The translations under genes and the position numbers were made by a program. DNA of 64,000 bases from assembly GCA_963834385.1 (NCBI GenBank), contig CAWIBO010000002.1, positions 928,001 through 992,000 on the forward strand, read 5' to 3'. The notes beneath the pieces were generated by a model that worked only from the letters and a program-made list of their open reading frames with translations, did no database searches and was not told the origin of the DNA. Shown one piece after another: positions 37,947-48,177 of the stretch; positions within the stretch are counted from its first letter, which is position 1; the number at the start of each line of letters is the position of its first letter. Origin of the DNA: an uncultured Verrucomicrobiae bacterium (lineage in GTDB: Bacteria > Verrucomicrobiota > Verrucomicrobiia > Chthoniobacterales > UBA10450).

Positions 37947-39919
37947 TGCCACCAGGCGTAGAGGAGAAGAAGCGCCAGCGCGCTGAAGACCAGACCGGCC
38001 AGATAACCCTGCACCCGGCCGGAGTGCAGCCGCGAAATGACCCGGCCCAGCCCGCGCGTGAGTTCGCTCCCATGGTCCACCCGCGCATTGATCGCGTGAT
38101 CGTCCACGCCTTTCCCGATCACACCGGCGAGCTGCCCGGCGCCGCCCACCAGCCGGACCAAACCGCCCCAGACAAAGCGGTCGAGCCAGTCCGCAGCGCG
38201 AGCGGCGCCCCGGGCGACCGCCACCACCGTGACGGCATAAAGTTCATCAATCCAGAAACGCCGCGACAAGGGGCGAAAAAGCCATGGTTGCGTGGCCTCC
38301 AGCCAGTCCTCACGTCCCGAGCCCCGGTAAAACCAGATCCCGAGAAACAGGCCGAGCGCCACCAGCACCATGGAGATGAACAACATTGGCTGAAAAAAAT
38401 TGGCGGGTTCAAAGTGGACCGGTTCGCCGAGAAGATAGTGGTGCAGCCAGGGCCAAGCCGGGGTGAGCAGCGCGCTCAGCGCCACCGTCGCCGCCGCCAG
38501 GAAAAGCAGCGGCAGGCGCATCACCCATGGGCTTTCCTCCGGGACGCTCTCCTCGCGGCGGGCGTCGCCGTAAAAGACGAAGATCATCTGGCGCGTCATG
38601 TAAAGCGCGGTCAGGACCACGCCGGCCATCATGAGATAATGGGGCCAACGCGAAACGGGCCAGAGCGCGGTGGCGTGCAGAATTTCCTCCTTGGTCCAGG
38701 CGCCGGCGAAAAGAAGGGGAAACCCGCTCAGGGCAAGCATGCCGATTGCGTAAACGGCAAAGGTCCACGGCATGAACCGCCGCAGGCCGCCCAGCCTCCG
38801 GATGTCCTGTTCATGATGGTTGCCGTGAATAACCGAGCCGGCGCCCAGAAAGAGCAGCGCCTTGAAGAAACCATGCGCGAGCAGGTGCATGATTCCGGCG
38901 GCGACCCCGCCCACCCCGAGCGAGACCATCATGAGCCCAAGCTGCGAGATGGTGGAATAGGCCAGGACCCGCTTGAGATCGAACTGCGCCAGGGCGAGGA
39001 GAGCGCCGAGCAGCCCGGTGATCACGCCCACCCAGACCACCACGGTGAGCGAGGTCGTGACGCCATTGCCGACGCTGCCCACGAGGAAAAGCGGGTAAAC
39101 GCGCGCGACCAGGAAAACGCCCGCGGCCACCATGGTGGCGGCATGAATCAAGGCGCTCACCGGCGTCGGCCCTTCCATCGCGTCCGGCAGCCAGGTGTGC
39201 AGCGGGAACTGGCCGGATTTCCCGGCGGCCCCGCAAAAGATGAGGAGGGCGATCCCGGTGGCGCTGCCGCCGAGGACCATGAGCGACGCCCCTTCGAGGC
39301 AGCCCGCGCCGTTGTCGTAAAAAAGCAGGGTGCCGCTCCGGTGATAGAGCCAGAGCAACCCGAGGAAGAACCCGACATCGCCAAGGCGCGTGATAATGAA
39401 CGCTTTTTTGGCGGCGGCGGCCGCGGCCGGCCGTTCGATCCAGAATCCGATCAGCAGCCAGGAGGCGAGCCCAACCAATTCCCAGCAGATGAAAAGAAGA
39501 AGGAGGCTGTTGGCCACGACCACGCCGAGCATGGCTGCGGTGAAAAAGGAGAGATAAGCGAAGAAGCGGGTGAAGTTCGGGTCGCCACCCATGTAACCGA
39601 TGCTGAAGAGAAAGATGCAGAGGCTCACCACCGTGATCATGAGCAGGAGGGCGGCGGTCAGCGGATCAAGCATCCAGCCGAGCGGCAACGTCTGGTCGCC
39701 AAAGGTGAACCAGGTGAAGTTATGCACCGCACGCGAGGCGGGCACGACAAGGGTCTCGCGGAACGCGACCAGCGAAAGAACGAGCGCTCCGGCCTGGCCC
39801 GCGAGAGCGAACCCCACCGTGGTCCGGCGCCAGGGGCGCGGCAACAGCAGGATCAGGAGCGCCGCCGCCAATGGCAGGACCGGGATCAGCCAGAGCGAGG
39901 AAACGATGGAGGGATTCAT
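37943..39919 (-). CDS. nuoL: NADH-quinone oxidoreductase subunit L
   Basis: WELVGLAS..LIGFW, GKSGQFPLHTWLPDAMEGPTPVSALIHAATMV, HGFFKALLFLGAG motifs. Confidence 0.96.
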   Translation of the reverse strand: MNPSIVSSLWLIPVLPLAAALLILLLPRPWRRTTVGFALAGQAGALVLSLVAFRETLVVPASRAVHNFTWFTFGDQTLPLGWMLDPLTAALLLMITVVSLCIFLFSIGYMGGDPNFTRFFAYLSFFTAAMLGVVVANSLLLLFICWELVGLASWLLIGFWIERPAAAAAAKKAFIITRLGDVGFFLGLLWLYHRSGTLLFYDNGAGCLEGASLMVLGGSATGIALLIFCGAAGKSGQFPLHTWLPDAMEGPTPVSALIHAATMVAAGVFLVARVYPLFLVGSVGNGVTTSLTVVVWVGVITGLLGALLALAQFDLKRVLAYSTISQLGLMMVSLGVGGVAAGIMHLLAHGFFKALLFLGAGSVIHGNHHEQDIRRLGGLRRFMPWTFAVYAIGMLALSGFPLLFAGAWTKEEILHATALWPVSRWPHYLMMAGVVLTALYMTRQMIFVFYGDARREESVPEESPWVMRLPLLFLAAATVALSALLTPAWPWLHHYLLGEPVHFEPANFFQPMLFISMVLVALGLFLGIWFYRGSGREDWLEATQPWLFRPLSRRFWIDELYAVTVVAVARGAARAADWLDRFVWGGLVRLVGGAGQLAGVIGKGVDDHAINARVDHGSELTRGLGRVISRLHSGRVQGYLAGLVFSALALLLLYAWWQ

Positions 39920-39950
39920 CAGGTGGCGCGCACGGTTCCGAAAATCGTGG

Positions 39951-40265
39951 TCATCCTTTCAGGTGATCAAGCCGATCCACGCTGGTGGTGCGGTAATGCC
40001 GGTAAACGGCCAGGACGAGAGCGAGACCGACGGCCGCCTCGGCCGCGGCGATGGCGATGGAAAAAATCGCGACCAGCACGCCGATGGGCGGCTGCGGAGA
40101 AGGGGCGAACCGCCAGAAGGCAATGAAGTTGAGGTTGGCCGCGGCCAGCATCAGCTCAATCCCGATCAGGATGAAGATGGCGTGGCGCCGGCTGAGAGCG
40201 GCGAGCAACCCAACGCAAAAAAGCGCGGCGGAAACGAGTAGGATGAGCTGGAGGGTGGCGGTCAT
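39951..40265 (-). CDS. nuoK: NADH-quinone oxidoreductase subunit K
   Basis: [23 protein letters not shown]...YR, LKG motifs. Confidence 0.95.
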   Translation of the reverse strand: MTATLQLILLVSAALFCVGLLAALSRRHAIFILIGIELMLAAANLNFIAFWRFAPSPQPPIGVLVAIFSIAIAAAEAAVGLALVLAVYRHYRTTSVDRLDHLKG

Positions 40266-40267
40266 GT

Positions 40268-40411
40268 TCCCGGGTATCGGGGGCGTCTCGCCCACTGGCA
40301 ATGGCGTCCCTGCCCTGGCGAACTTGAGCAGGCTCGGATGCATCGCGGCGCAGGAAGATCGTTTCGGCAGGATGCCGAAACCGGCGGGCGAGACGCCCAC
40401 CCTACCCGGGA
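40268..40411. repeat. REP doublet (REPIN-like) between nuoJ and nuoK
   Basis: 26-bp inverted arms TCCCGGGTATCGGGGGCGTCTCGCCC and GGGCGAGACGCCCACCCTACCCGGGA (3 mismatches) with GGTAG/CTACC-type outer ends. Confidence 0.82.
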
Positions 40412-40416
40412 TGTGG

Positions 40417-40899
40417 TCACGATTTTTCCTCCATGACGAGGACAAGCGCGCCGAGCAGGGCCGCGGTGAGGAGAAGGCCGACGCATTGCAGTGGCCAGAT
40501 GTACGCAGTCATGAGCGTTTCACCGATTTGTCTCACGGTGAGCGCTTCCATGGCCGGCGGGGCTGCGGTCAGGCCCGGCGTTCGGAGGATGGCCCAGGCC
40601 AGGCCGCCAAAAACAGCCAGCGCCAGGAGAAGACCGATCCATGGCAGCCCGCGCCGCCCGCTTTCCTCGCGCCGGGTCAGCAGGATGGTGAAGACGATCA
40701 GGATGGCGACGGCGCCGACGTAGACGAAGACCTGGACGAGCCCGACGAACTCAGCCCCGAGGAAGAAATAGAAGGCGGCCAGGCCGACAAAGGCGAGTGC
40801 CAGCGAGAGGGCGGCGTGAATCAGGCGCGGCAGGGTCGCGGCCGCGAGCGCGGCGGCGAGCGTGAAAACGGCGATGAAGGTGAAAACGATGAGGTTCAC
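40417..40899 (-). CDS. nuoJ: NADH-quinone oxidoreductase subunit J
   Basis: [30 protein letters not shown] motifs; GTGA overlap with nuoH. Confidence 0.93.
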   Translation of the reverse strand: MNLIVFTFIAVFTLAAALAAATLPRLIHAALSLALAFVGLAAFYFFLGAEFVGLVQVFVYVGAVAILIVFTILLTRREESGRRGLPWIGLLLALAVFGGLAWAILRTPGLTAAPPAMEALTVRQIGETLMTAYIWPLQCVGLLLTAALLGALVLVMEEKS

Positions 40900-42086
40900 T
40901 CGGCAAAACGGTAGATGCGCCGCGCAAACCGCCGGCGCGGCGCCGCCACGGCGGAGAGCAGGAGGTACAAGGCGGCAATGACAACGAACGACCAGAGCCA
41001 GCCGCGCAGACCGCGCCCGGCATAATGCCAGGTGGCCGCTGCGAGGAGACAGGCAAAAGCCATCGGGAGCATGAATTTCCAGGCAAAGTTCATCACCTGG
41101 TCGACCCGGGTGCGGGGGAGCGTGCCGCGCACCCAGATGAAGACGAAGAGCAGGAGGGCCAGCTTGGCAAAAAACCAGCACCACGAGGGGACCACGGCAA
41201 GGAACTCCATGGGCGCCTGCCAGCCTCCGAGGAACAGGGTCACGGCCAGCCCGCTCACGGCGAACATCCCGAAATATTCCGCCATGAAGAAAGTGGCATA
41301 CTTGAACCCCGAATATTCGGTCATGTGCCCGGCCACGATCTCCGATTCGCCTTCCGGGACATCAAACGGTGTCCGGTTCGACTCGACCAACCCGGAGACA
41401 AAGAAAAGAAGAAAAGCGGCGGCGCCCCAGGGCGTGAAAACAAACCAGCGGGGCACGATTCCGCCGGTGTAACCGCCCTGCGCGGCCACGATGGCATCGG
41501 GGGCCAGGGCACCCACCACCATGACCACCGGAAGCACGGCGAGGATGAGCGGAAGCTCGTAGCTCACCATCTGGGCAATGGCCCGCATGGCGCCGAGCAT
41601 GGAGAACTTGTTGTTGCTCCCCCAGCCCGCCATGAACACGGCCAGCTCGGTGGTGGAACCGACGGCAAAAAAGAAAAGGAGCCCGCCATCGATCGCAAAG
41701 GGGGTCATGTTCCGCCCGTAGGGAATGACGCCAAGGGCAAGAATGGCCGGCGCCGCCACCATGATCGGCGCGAGGAAATGCACCACCCGGTCGGCGCGCG
41801 CCGGCACGATGTCCTCCTTGATCAACATTTTGATGCCGTCGGCCACCGGCTGGAAGAGACCGAACGGCCCGACCCGATTGGGGCCGTAACGGTTCTGAAT
41901 CCGGCCCAGGATTTTGCGCTCAAGGAGCGACATCAGGGCGAAAAGGGCGAGGAAAACGTGGAGCAGGAAGAGAATGGTGAGAAGACTCGAGATCAGCGCC
42001 AGGAGCCAGCCGGGCGCACCGGCCATGAGGGAGAGCACCCATTGTTTCGCCGACACAAACATCTGGTCGAGAGAGGCGGCGCTCAT
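40896..42086 (-). CDS. nuoH: NADH-quinone oxidoreductase subunit H
   Basis: ERKILGRIQNRYGPNRVG..G..Q..ADG.K...KED, SYE, E.NR.PFD.PE.ESE..AG..TEYSG motifs. Confidence 0.96.
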   Translation of the reverse strand: MSAASLDQMFVSAKQWVLSLMAGAPGWLLALISSLLTILFLLHVFLALFALMSLLERKILGRIQNRYGPNRVGPFGLFQPVADGIKMLIKEDIVPARADRVVHFLAPIMVAAPAILALGVIPYGRNMTPFAIDGGLLFFFAVGSTTELAVFMAGWGSNNKFSMLGAMRAIAQMVSYELPLILAVLPVVMVVGALAPDAIVAAQGGYTGGIVPRWFVFTPWGAAAFLLFFVSGLVESNRTPFDVPEGESEIVAGHMTEYSGFKYATFFMAEYFGMFAVSGLAVTLFLGGWQAPMEFLAVVPSWCWFFAKLALLLFVFIWVRGTLPRTRVDQVMNFAWKFMLPMAFACLLAAATWHYAGRGLRGWLWSFVVIAALYLLLSAVAAPRRRFARRIYRFAE

Positions 42087-42296
42087 CCGCGTTTGAGGAA
42101 AGCGGGATGACCCTGGTTAAGCAAGGCAGAAGCATGCCGCGCCGACCGAGACCAAGCCGGGCAGTAAGGGGGAACGGGAGCCACAGATGGACGCAGATCC
42201 AGAGGGAAGAGATTCAGCCGGCGAAAATAAGTCGCCAGTGTTCCGGGTGTCCGATTAAATAAAAACGAAACGGTGGCTCGTTCCCCTTTTTTATCC

Positions 42297-42671
42297 ATGA
42301 CGCCCGATCCTTATTTCTTTCTCGTCATTTTCATCGGGGTTGCGCTGGTTTTCCCGGTTCTGCCGCTCGGTCTGGCCTGGCTTTGGCGCCGGTTTCTCCA
42401 GCCGCCCAAGCCGGGCGTGCGCAAGAATGCCACCTACGAGTGCGGCGTGGAATCAACCGGAGAAGCGCAGGTGCAGTTCCGTTCGCAATATTATCTTTAC
42501 GCCATCATCTTCCTGATCTTCGACGTGGAAGCCATTTTCCTGGTGCCGTTCGCGGTCGCTTTCACGGGCCTGCCCCTCGGCGCTTTCCTGGCCATTCTGA
42601 TTTTCCTGCTCCTGTTGCTCGAGGGCCTCGTCTGGGCCTGGGGCAAAGGCCTCTTGAATTGGTCGCGGTGA
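42297..42671 (+). CDS. nuoA: NADH-quinone oxidoreductase subunit A
   Basis: K..TYECG, YY.YAIIFLIFDVE, W.KG.L.W motifs. Confidence 0.95.
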   Translation: MTPDPYFFLVIFIGVALVFPVLPLGLAWLWRRFLQPPKPGVRKNATYECGVESTGEAQVQFRSQYYLYAIIFLIFDVEAIFLVPFAVAFTGLPLGAFLAILIFLLLLLEGLVWAWGKGLLNWSR

Positions 42672-42685
42672 TCGAAAGGAGAACC

Positions 42686-42925
42686 AATTTGGAAACCAGG
42701 AAGCCAGGAATTGGGAATCAGGAAAAGAGGAACGCAGGAAAAAGAGAATAAGGTTCGTTTTCCATCCCTGATTTGAAATCGCCCGCTAGTGAAGAAGAGA
42801 GCTAATTTGGAAACCAGGAAGCCAGGAAAGGTTCAGAAAGATACGCCTTTCCTGTTTTCCTCTTTTCCTAATTCCTGGATTCCTGGTTTCCAAATTGATT
42901 TCCTGCTTTCCTGCCTTCCTGATTC
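42686..42925. repeat. Nested CAGGAA/TTCCTG inverted-repeat element (same family as 4780-5170)
   Basis: AATTTGGAAACCAGGAAGCCAGGAA at 42686 and 42804; reverse arm TTCCTGGATTCCTGGTTTCCAAATT at 42872; GAATCAGGAAAAGAGGAACGCAGGAAA at 42715 with reverse arms. Confidence 0.9.
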
Positions 42926-42937
42926 GTCTTCCCCGTC

Positions 42938-43564
42938 ATGAGTGACCCGATCGATCCTGGTCTTAGGAGCGAGCTGCAGAAGCAGGGCATCTGGGTGACG
43001 TCGACCCAGGAGCTGTATAACTGGGGGCGCAAAAACTCGATCTGGCCGCTCCAGTTCGGCCTGGCTTGTTGCGCCATCGAGATGATCGCCACCGCCGCGG
43101 CCAAGTACGACCTGGCCCGCTTCGGCGGCGAAGTCTTCCGGCCGTCGCCGCGGCAGGCCGACCTCATGATCGTCGCCGGGACGGTGACGAAGAAGATGGC
43201 GCCGCAGATTGTGCGTCTTTACAACCAGATGCCCGACCCGAAATACGTCATCTCGATGGGAGCCTGCGCGATTTCCGGCGGCCCCTTCAAGCAGGGCTAT
43301 AACGTCCTGAAGGGAATTGATCGTTACATCCCGGTGGACGTCTACATCCCCGGGTGCCCGCCCCGCCCAGAGGCGCTGCTCCACGCCTTCATGGAGCTGC
43401 AGAAGAAGATTGATGAACAAAAGCTGACCGGAGCGGGCCGGGCGGTTCATCTCGATCCGGCGCACCCGAGTGAGTTCCCGGTGCCGGAATTTGGCGCGCA
43501 CGATCTCGAGCCGCCGGCCAATCCGGACCTGTTTCGGCCGCCGGTGGTGGGTCGACAAGGTTAA
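42938..43564 (+). CDS. nuoB: NADH-quinone oxidoreductase subunit B
   Basis: [31 protein letters not shown] (N2 cluster ligands). Confidence 0.96.
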   Translation: MSDPIDPGLRSELQKQGIWVTSTQELYNWGRKNSIWPLQFGLACCAIEMIATAAAKYDLARFGGEVFRPSPRQADLMIVAGTVTKKMAPQIVRLYNQMPDPKYVISMGACAISGGPFKQGYNVLKGIDRYIPVDVYIPGCPPRPEALLHAFMELQKKIDEQKLTGAGRAVHLDPAHPSEFPVPEFGAHDLEPPANPDLFRPPVVGRQG

Positions 43565-43572
43565 CGAGCCCC

Positions 43573-44223
43573 ATGGAATCACTGGAACAGATCAAGGCGC
43601 GGTTGGAGGCGGCGGTGCCGGGGGCGCAGGCTGAGATCGTGCCCAATCCCGGTCCGGCGGCGCAGCCTTCGTTGCTGCTCGCGCACGAACAGGCGGTGGC
43701 GGCGGCCCGGTTTCTCCGGGACGACGCGGCGCTGCGTCTTGATCATTGCTCCAATGTGACCGGGGTCGATTGGCTGGATCGCGTGAACAAGACGAAGGTG
43801 AAGGTGTTGAAGCTGGTCGAGGGCGAGGAGAAGGAGGTGGAAGAAACCCGGGAGGAACAGGTGCCGGGCTACCTCGAAGCGGTTTACCATCTTTATTCCA
43901 TGGCGCTGAAACAGGGGCCGGTGGTGCTGCGGCTCCGCACGGCCGATCGCGCGGCCGGCACGACCCTTCCCTCGCTGACGCCGGTCTGGCGCAGCGCCGA
44001 GTTCCAGGAACGGGAGATCTTCGACCTTTATGGCATTCGGTTTGAGGGGCACCCCGACCTGCGTCGCATCCTGATGTGGGATGAGTTCGCGGATTATCCG
44101 ATGCGGAAGGATTACGTGGAGCCGGACGATTACGAGTATGAGCCGACGCCGCACGACGAAGTGCTGGCGCGGTCAACGGCGCGTCCGGGAAGCGATGGGG
44201 CGGAGAAGCTGGGCGCCGGATGA
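43573..44223 (+). CDS. nuoC: NADH-quinone oxidoreductase subunit C
   Basis: VTGVD, AEFQEREIFDLYGI.FEGHPDLRRIL, YPMRKDY motifs. Confidence 0.95.
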   Translation: MESLEQIKARLEAAVPGAQAEIVPNPGPAAQPSLLLAHEQAVAAARFLRDDAALRLDHCSNVTGVDWLDRVNKTKVKVLKLVEGEEKEVEETREEQVPGYLEAVYHLYSMALKQGPVVLRLRTADRAAGTTLPSLTPVWRSAEFQEREIFDLYGIRFEGHPDLRRILMWDEFADYPMRKDYVEPDDYEYEPTPHDEVLARSTARPGSDGAEKLGAG

Positions 44224-44226
44224 TTT

Positions 44227-44470
44227 GTCCACAGATTACACAGATGAACACAGATTGTGGGGAGGGGACGTTCTCCTCGCGTAGTTTCCCCGCCCGTCAT
44301 CCTGAGCGAAGCGAAGGACCTCACGAACGTCCTTTCGCTCACGCCCGCTCTGGCGCCGCGCTTTCTCTGCACACGCGAGGTCCCTCGTCGTCTGCGCGAC
44401 TCGGGATGACGGAAGCGCGCCGCCATCCGCCTCTTCTTTCAATCTGTGTAAATCTGCGAAATCTGTGGAC
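44227..44470. repeat. Nested palindromic element: ACACAGAT-period outer IR enclosing a CGTC-type REP pair
   Basis: GTCCACAGATTACACAGATGAACACAGATT (44227) and AATCTGTGTAAATCTGCGAAATCTGTGGAC (44441); inner CCGTCATCCTGAGCGAAGCGAAGGACCTC (44294) and GAGGTCCCTCG...CTCGGGATGACGG (44377-44412). Confidence 0.88.
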
Positions 44471-44487
44471 CACAACTCTCTCCTGAA

Positions 44488-45645
44488 ATGACCACCGGAT
44501 TCCACGAACTGGCCGAAGCGCCGCCGCGAATGACGTCGCGGCTCGAGGGCGAACTGCTTGAGATCTCGATGGGACCGCAGCATCCCTCCACCCACGGCGT
44601 TTTCCGGATGAACGTCGCGCTCGAGGGCGAGATCGTGAGGAAGCTCAAGCCGGTCTTCGGGTATCTCCATCGCAACCACGAGAAGATCGGCGAAAACACC
44701 AGTTACCTCGGATCGATGCCTTACACCGACCGACTCGATTACTTCTGTTCCATGACCAACAACTGGGCCTACGCGCTCAGCGTGGAGAAACTGGCCGGGA
44801 TCGAAGTGCCGGAGCGGGCGGAATATCTGCGCGTCATCCTGGCTGAGCTGACCCGCCTGCAAAACCATGCCTCGCTGCTCGGCTTTCTCCTAAGCGACAT
44901 GGGGGCGTGGGGCACTCCGCTCATGTACGCCTTCCGCGAGCGCGAAAAAATCCTCGATCTCTTCGAGTCGCTCTCCGGTTCGCGCATGATGTGCGATTAC
45001 ATGCGCTTCGGCGGCTGCCGGGTCGACCCCAGCCCGGCCTGGATCGCCCACGCGCGCCGCCTGACCGAGGCGTTCCCGCGGTTCCTCGACGAGTTCGAAA
45101 AGCTGATCGTGGAGAACGAGATCCTGCTCGCGCGCACACAGGAGGTTGGAAAACTTTCACCCGAGCTGGCGATCAACGCCGGCATCACCGGCCCGATGCT
45201 GCGGGCCAGCGGAGTGAACTACGACCTGCGGAAGGTGGATGGTTACGGGATTTATCCACGGTTCAAGTTCCGGGTGCCGCTGGGCGACCATGGGGATTGT
45301 TACGATCGGCTGATGATGCGGGTGCTGGAGATGCGGGAGAGCCTCGCCATTCTCGAGCAGGCCTTCGCGCAACTGCCGGAGGGACCGGTGCAGAATCCGA
45401 AGGTGAAGATCCGCGCTTTCAAACCGCCGGCGGGCGAGGCCTATGGCCGCATCGAGGGGCCGAAAGGCGAGCTCGGCTTTTACCTGATCAGCGACGGTGG
45501 CGCGAACCCTTATCGTTACCGGGTGCGCCCGCCGAGCTTCATCAACCTGACGGTGCTGGAGGATCTCTGCCTCGGGCACACCGTGGCAGACGTCATGGTG
45601 ATCCTCGGCTCGATCGACATCGTCATGGGCGAGGTGGACCGGTAG
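44488..45645 (+). CDS. nuoD: NADH-quinone oxidoreductase subunit D
   Basis: [36 protein letters not shown]-terminal GEVDR; no NiFe CxxC motifs. Confidence 0.96.
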   Translation: MTTGFHELAEAPPRMTSRLEGELLEISMGPQHPSTHGVFRMNVALEGEIVRKLKPVFGYLHRNHEKIGENTSYLGSMPYTDRLDYFCSMTNNWAYALSVEKLAGIEVPERAEYLRVILAELTRLQNHASLLGFLLSDMGAWGTPLMYAFREREKILDLFESLSGSRMMCDYMRFGGCRVDPSPAWIAHARRLTEAFPRFLDEFEKLIVENEILLARTQEVGKLSPELAINAGITGPMLRASGVNYDLRKVDGYGIYPRFKFRVPLGDHGDCYDRLMMRVLEMRESLAILEQAFAQLPEGPVQNPKVKIRAFKPPAGEAYGRIEGPKGELGFYLISDGGANPYRYRVRPPSFINLTVLEDLCLGHTVADVMVILGSIDIVMGEVDR

Positions 45646-48112
45646 GACGGTCCGCTTTGTTTCCGCGGAGCGAGTCGGCCACGGCCGGGTCGATGCTTTG
45701 CAGATGAAGGTCGCGTTGCGGGAAGGGGATGGCGATGTCGGCCTCTGCGAGCGCCTCGGTGATGGCGACGGCCACATCGCTTTTGATCTGGAGGCCCTGG
45801 TCGTAATCGTCGGTCCAGAGCCGGACCTCGAACTCGAGGGCATCGGCTCCAAACCCGGACATGATGGTCTGCGGGGCCGGCTGCTGCGCCGCGAGGGGGT
45901 GCGAACCGGCCACGCGGGTGAGCAACTCGATGACGCGTCGCGGTTCCGTGCCGTAGGCCACGCCCACGGGAATCTCGATGCGGCGCTGCCGGTTTGAGAG
46001 CGTCCAGTTTGTCACCTTCTCCGAGATGAGCTGCCCGTTCGGCACGATCAGCTCCGAGCTGTCGAAGAGCCGGATAACGCTGGCGCGGATGCCGATCCGG
46101 CGGATGACGCCGACGAAAGCGTCCACCTTCACGACATCGCCCACCTTGACCGGCTGTTCAAAGAGCAGGATGAGGCCGGAGACGAAATTGTTGACGATGT
46201 TTTGGAGGCCGAACCCGATGCCGACGCCGAGCGCGCCGGCGAGGACGGTAAACTTCGTCATGTCGAGGCCCATGGCAGCGATGGCGAGAAGGAACCCGAC
46301 GAGGAGAACGCCGTAGTGCAGGAGGGTGGAGACTGCGTAGGAGGAGCCGGTGTTGACGTTAAAGTGGCTGTAAACGTCCTCCTCGAGAAGAAACCGGAGG
46401 AACCGTGAAACCTGGAAGGCCAGCCAGATGGTGAGGACGAAGGCGAGAATGGCACCGAGGGAGAGATGGAGGGAACGAAAGCTGACTTCCGCCGTAACGA
46501 GGGCGTGAAACTGGTGAAAAAGCGGGCCGCGCAGGGCAAACGCGTCGAGGGTTAGAACGCCCCAGAGAATAACGGCGACGAAGAGGATGAACCGGGCCAG
46601 GCGCCGTTGCAGGAGTGGGCGATGTTTGCGAACCACCCCGAAGGCGGCGAAGGGCCGCACCTGGAGAGCGAAGAAGACGAGCCCGGAGAGGACGCCGGCC
46701 GCGGCATAAAGAAAAATCGCGAGGTAGGCGGCGGCCAGGGCGCCGCCGGCAAGATAATTCGAGAGCCGGAAATAGCCGAGGAGGTTGCTGATGAAGACCG
46801 CCGCGAAAAGAAAAAGGCCGAGGCGCGCCCCGGCCCGGGTCGCCTTGCGCGCGGTCGTGCCCGCCTCGGCCGTCCGGCGGGTGGAACGGATGTACCAAAG
46901 AAGAAACAGGGCGCCGCCGATCATCTCCAGGAGCAGGATCAGGCGGGAAAGCCCGGGCAGGGAGGCGACCAGTTTCCGGCCCTGGCCGACCAGGTAAAAA
47001 ATGATCAGCGCATTCAGGATCGGGAAAAGGTGCCGGGCAATCAGGCGGCGGAGAATGACCACCACCGGGAAGAGCGCGAGCAGGGAAAGAATCACCCAGA
47101 AGAGGCGGGGCGGTTCGACGAAAAGCGCCTGGCAGGCGAGCAGCGAAAGAACCGCCGCCATGGCCAGGGGCAGCTGCAAAACGCGGTTGGCCCGGCGCAG
47201 GGCCGGGTCGTCGTCGGTCCATTTTGCCGCCTGCCGTTTCACCCAGAAAAGGCTCAGCGCCAGCGCGCCAAAAATGAGGGCCAGGGTGATGAAGGTGGGC
47301 CATTCCCGCTCCGCGAAGGCGCGCAACTGCACGGCCTGGGCGATAAAGGAATCACGGGTCCGCCCGGCCAGGTCGCGACGGGTCTCCTCACGAAACGCGG
47401 CGTTCCAGATCGGCGGACTGTCGCGCTCAAAGAGTTCGCCCACGGCGGCGGACTGCGCGGCGCGCACCGAACCGAGCGCGGTCTGCGCCCGTTCCGCCTG
47501 CGCGGCCACGCGGCTTTGTTCAGTGAGCAGGGCGGAACGTTCCCCCGTCAGGGCCGTCGCGGCCCCCGCGATTTCCGCCTGCACCTTTTCAATCCGGGCC
47601 TGGATCTCCGGCGGAGCGCCTTCGGCCCGCGCCTGTTCGAGGGTCTTCGCCCAGGTCGCCTGCAAACGCGGCAGAAGCGCCAGCTCCTTCTCCATCAGCT
47701 CGGCCCGGCTGGCCAGATCGTTTGACCAGGCTGAGAGCTGCGTGCCCAGCCGTTCCCAGCGGAGATCAAGGTCGCGCAGGGTCTCGAGCAGCACCCCACG
47801 CTGCAAAAGCTGGCTGGTCTCGGCAAGGCGCGCACTGATTTCCCGGTTAACCTCGGCGAGGTCGCGGCCGGGCACGGTCTCGAACGTTCCCGGTGCGGCC
47901 TCCATTTCCTGCAGGGTGGTCTCAACCAACTCCGCCTGGCCGACCACTTCAGCCATCGGGATTGGCGTCGGCTCAGGCGTGGCCGCAGGCACTGACGTCG
48001 GCGCCGGGGAGGCCGCGGGCGGAGCGGGCGCCGGCGCGGTTTTGACCGCTCCCTGGCCAGCGGCTGTGAGCGCAGACTGAAAGAGGACGATGAAAAAAAG
48101 CAGGCTCTTCAT
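45623..48112 (-). CDS. Large mechanosensitive channel MscS-family protein (MscK-like)
   Basis: Signal peptide, periplasmic coiled coil, many TMs, [44 protein letters not shown] motifs. Confidence 0.92.
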   Translation of the reverse strand: MKSLLFFIVLFQSALTAAGQGAVKTAPAPAPPAASPAPTSVPAATPEPTPIPMAEVVGQAELVETTLQEMEAAPGTFETVPGRDLAEVNREISARLAETSQLLQRGVLLETLRDLDLRWERLGTQLSAWSNDLASRAELMEKELALLPRLQATWAKTLEQARAEGAPPEIQARIEKVQAEIAGAATALTGERSALLTEQSRVAAQAERAQTALGSVRAAQSAAVGELFERDSPPIWNAAFREETRRDLAGRTRDSFIAQAVQLRAFAEREWPTFITLALIFGALALSLFWVKRQAAKWTDDDPALRRANRVLQLPLAMAAVLSLLACQALFVEPPRLFWVILSLLALFPVVVILRRLIARHLFPILNALIIFYLVGQGRKLVASLPGLSRLILLLEMIGGALFLLWYIRSTRRTAEAGTTARKATRAGARLGLFLFAAVFISNLLGYFRLSNYLAGGALAAAYLAIFLYAAAGVLSGLVFFALQVRPFAAFGVVRKHRPLLQRRLARFILFVAVILWGVLTLDAFALRGPLFHQFHALVTAEVSFRSLHLSLGAILAFVLTIWLAFQVSRFLRFLLEEDVYSHFNVNTGSSYAVSTLLHYGVLLVGFLLAIAAMGLDMTKFTVLAGALGVGIGFGLQNIVNNFVSGLILLFEQPVKVGDVVKVDAFVGVIRRIGIRASVIRLFDSSELIVPNGQLISEKVTNWTLSNRQRRIEIPVGVAYGTEPRRVIELLTRVAGSHPLAAQQPAPQTIMSGFGADALEFEVRLWTDDYDQGLQIKSDVAVAITEALAEADIAIPFPQRDLHLQSIDPAVADSLRGNKADRPTGPPRP

Positions 48113-48177
48113 GATGGCAGGGGCACCCGCAGCACCTTATCCTGATCTGGCCGTTTCCCAAGCTCGCGGCGCTCTTC

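Noticed and set aside
37946..40126. Long antisense ORFs (726 aa here; also 2769-4157, 17882-19243, 36474-37961, 52844-54643)
   Set aside because: These are shadow ORFs opposite well-supported genes, expected in high-GC DNA, with no recognisable motifs.
42938..45645. Group 4 [NiFe]-hydrogenase or Ehr complex instead of complex I
   Set aside because: The large subunit lacks both CxxC nickel motifs and ends in GEVDR. NuoB has the adjacent CC, and nuoA and nuoJ are present.
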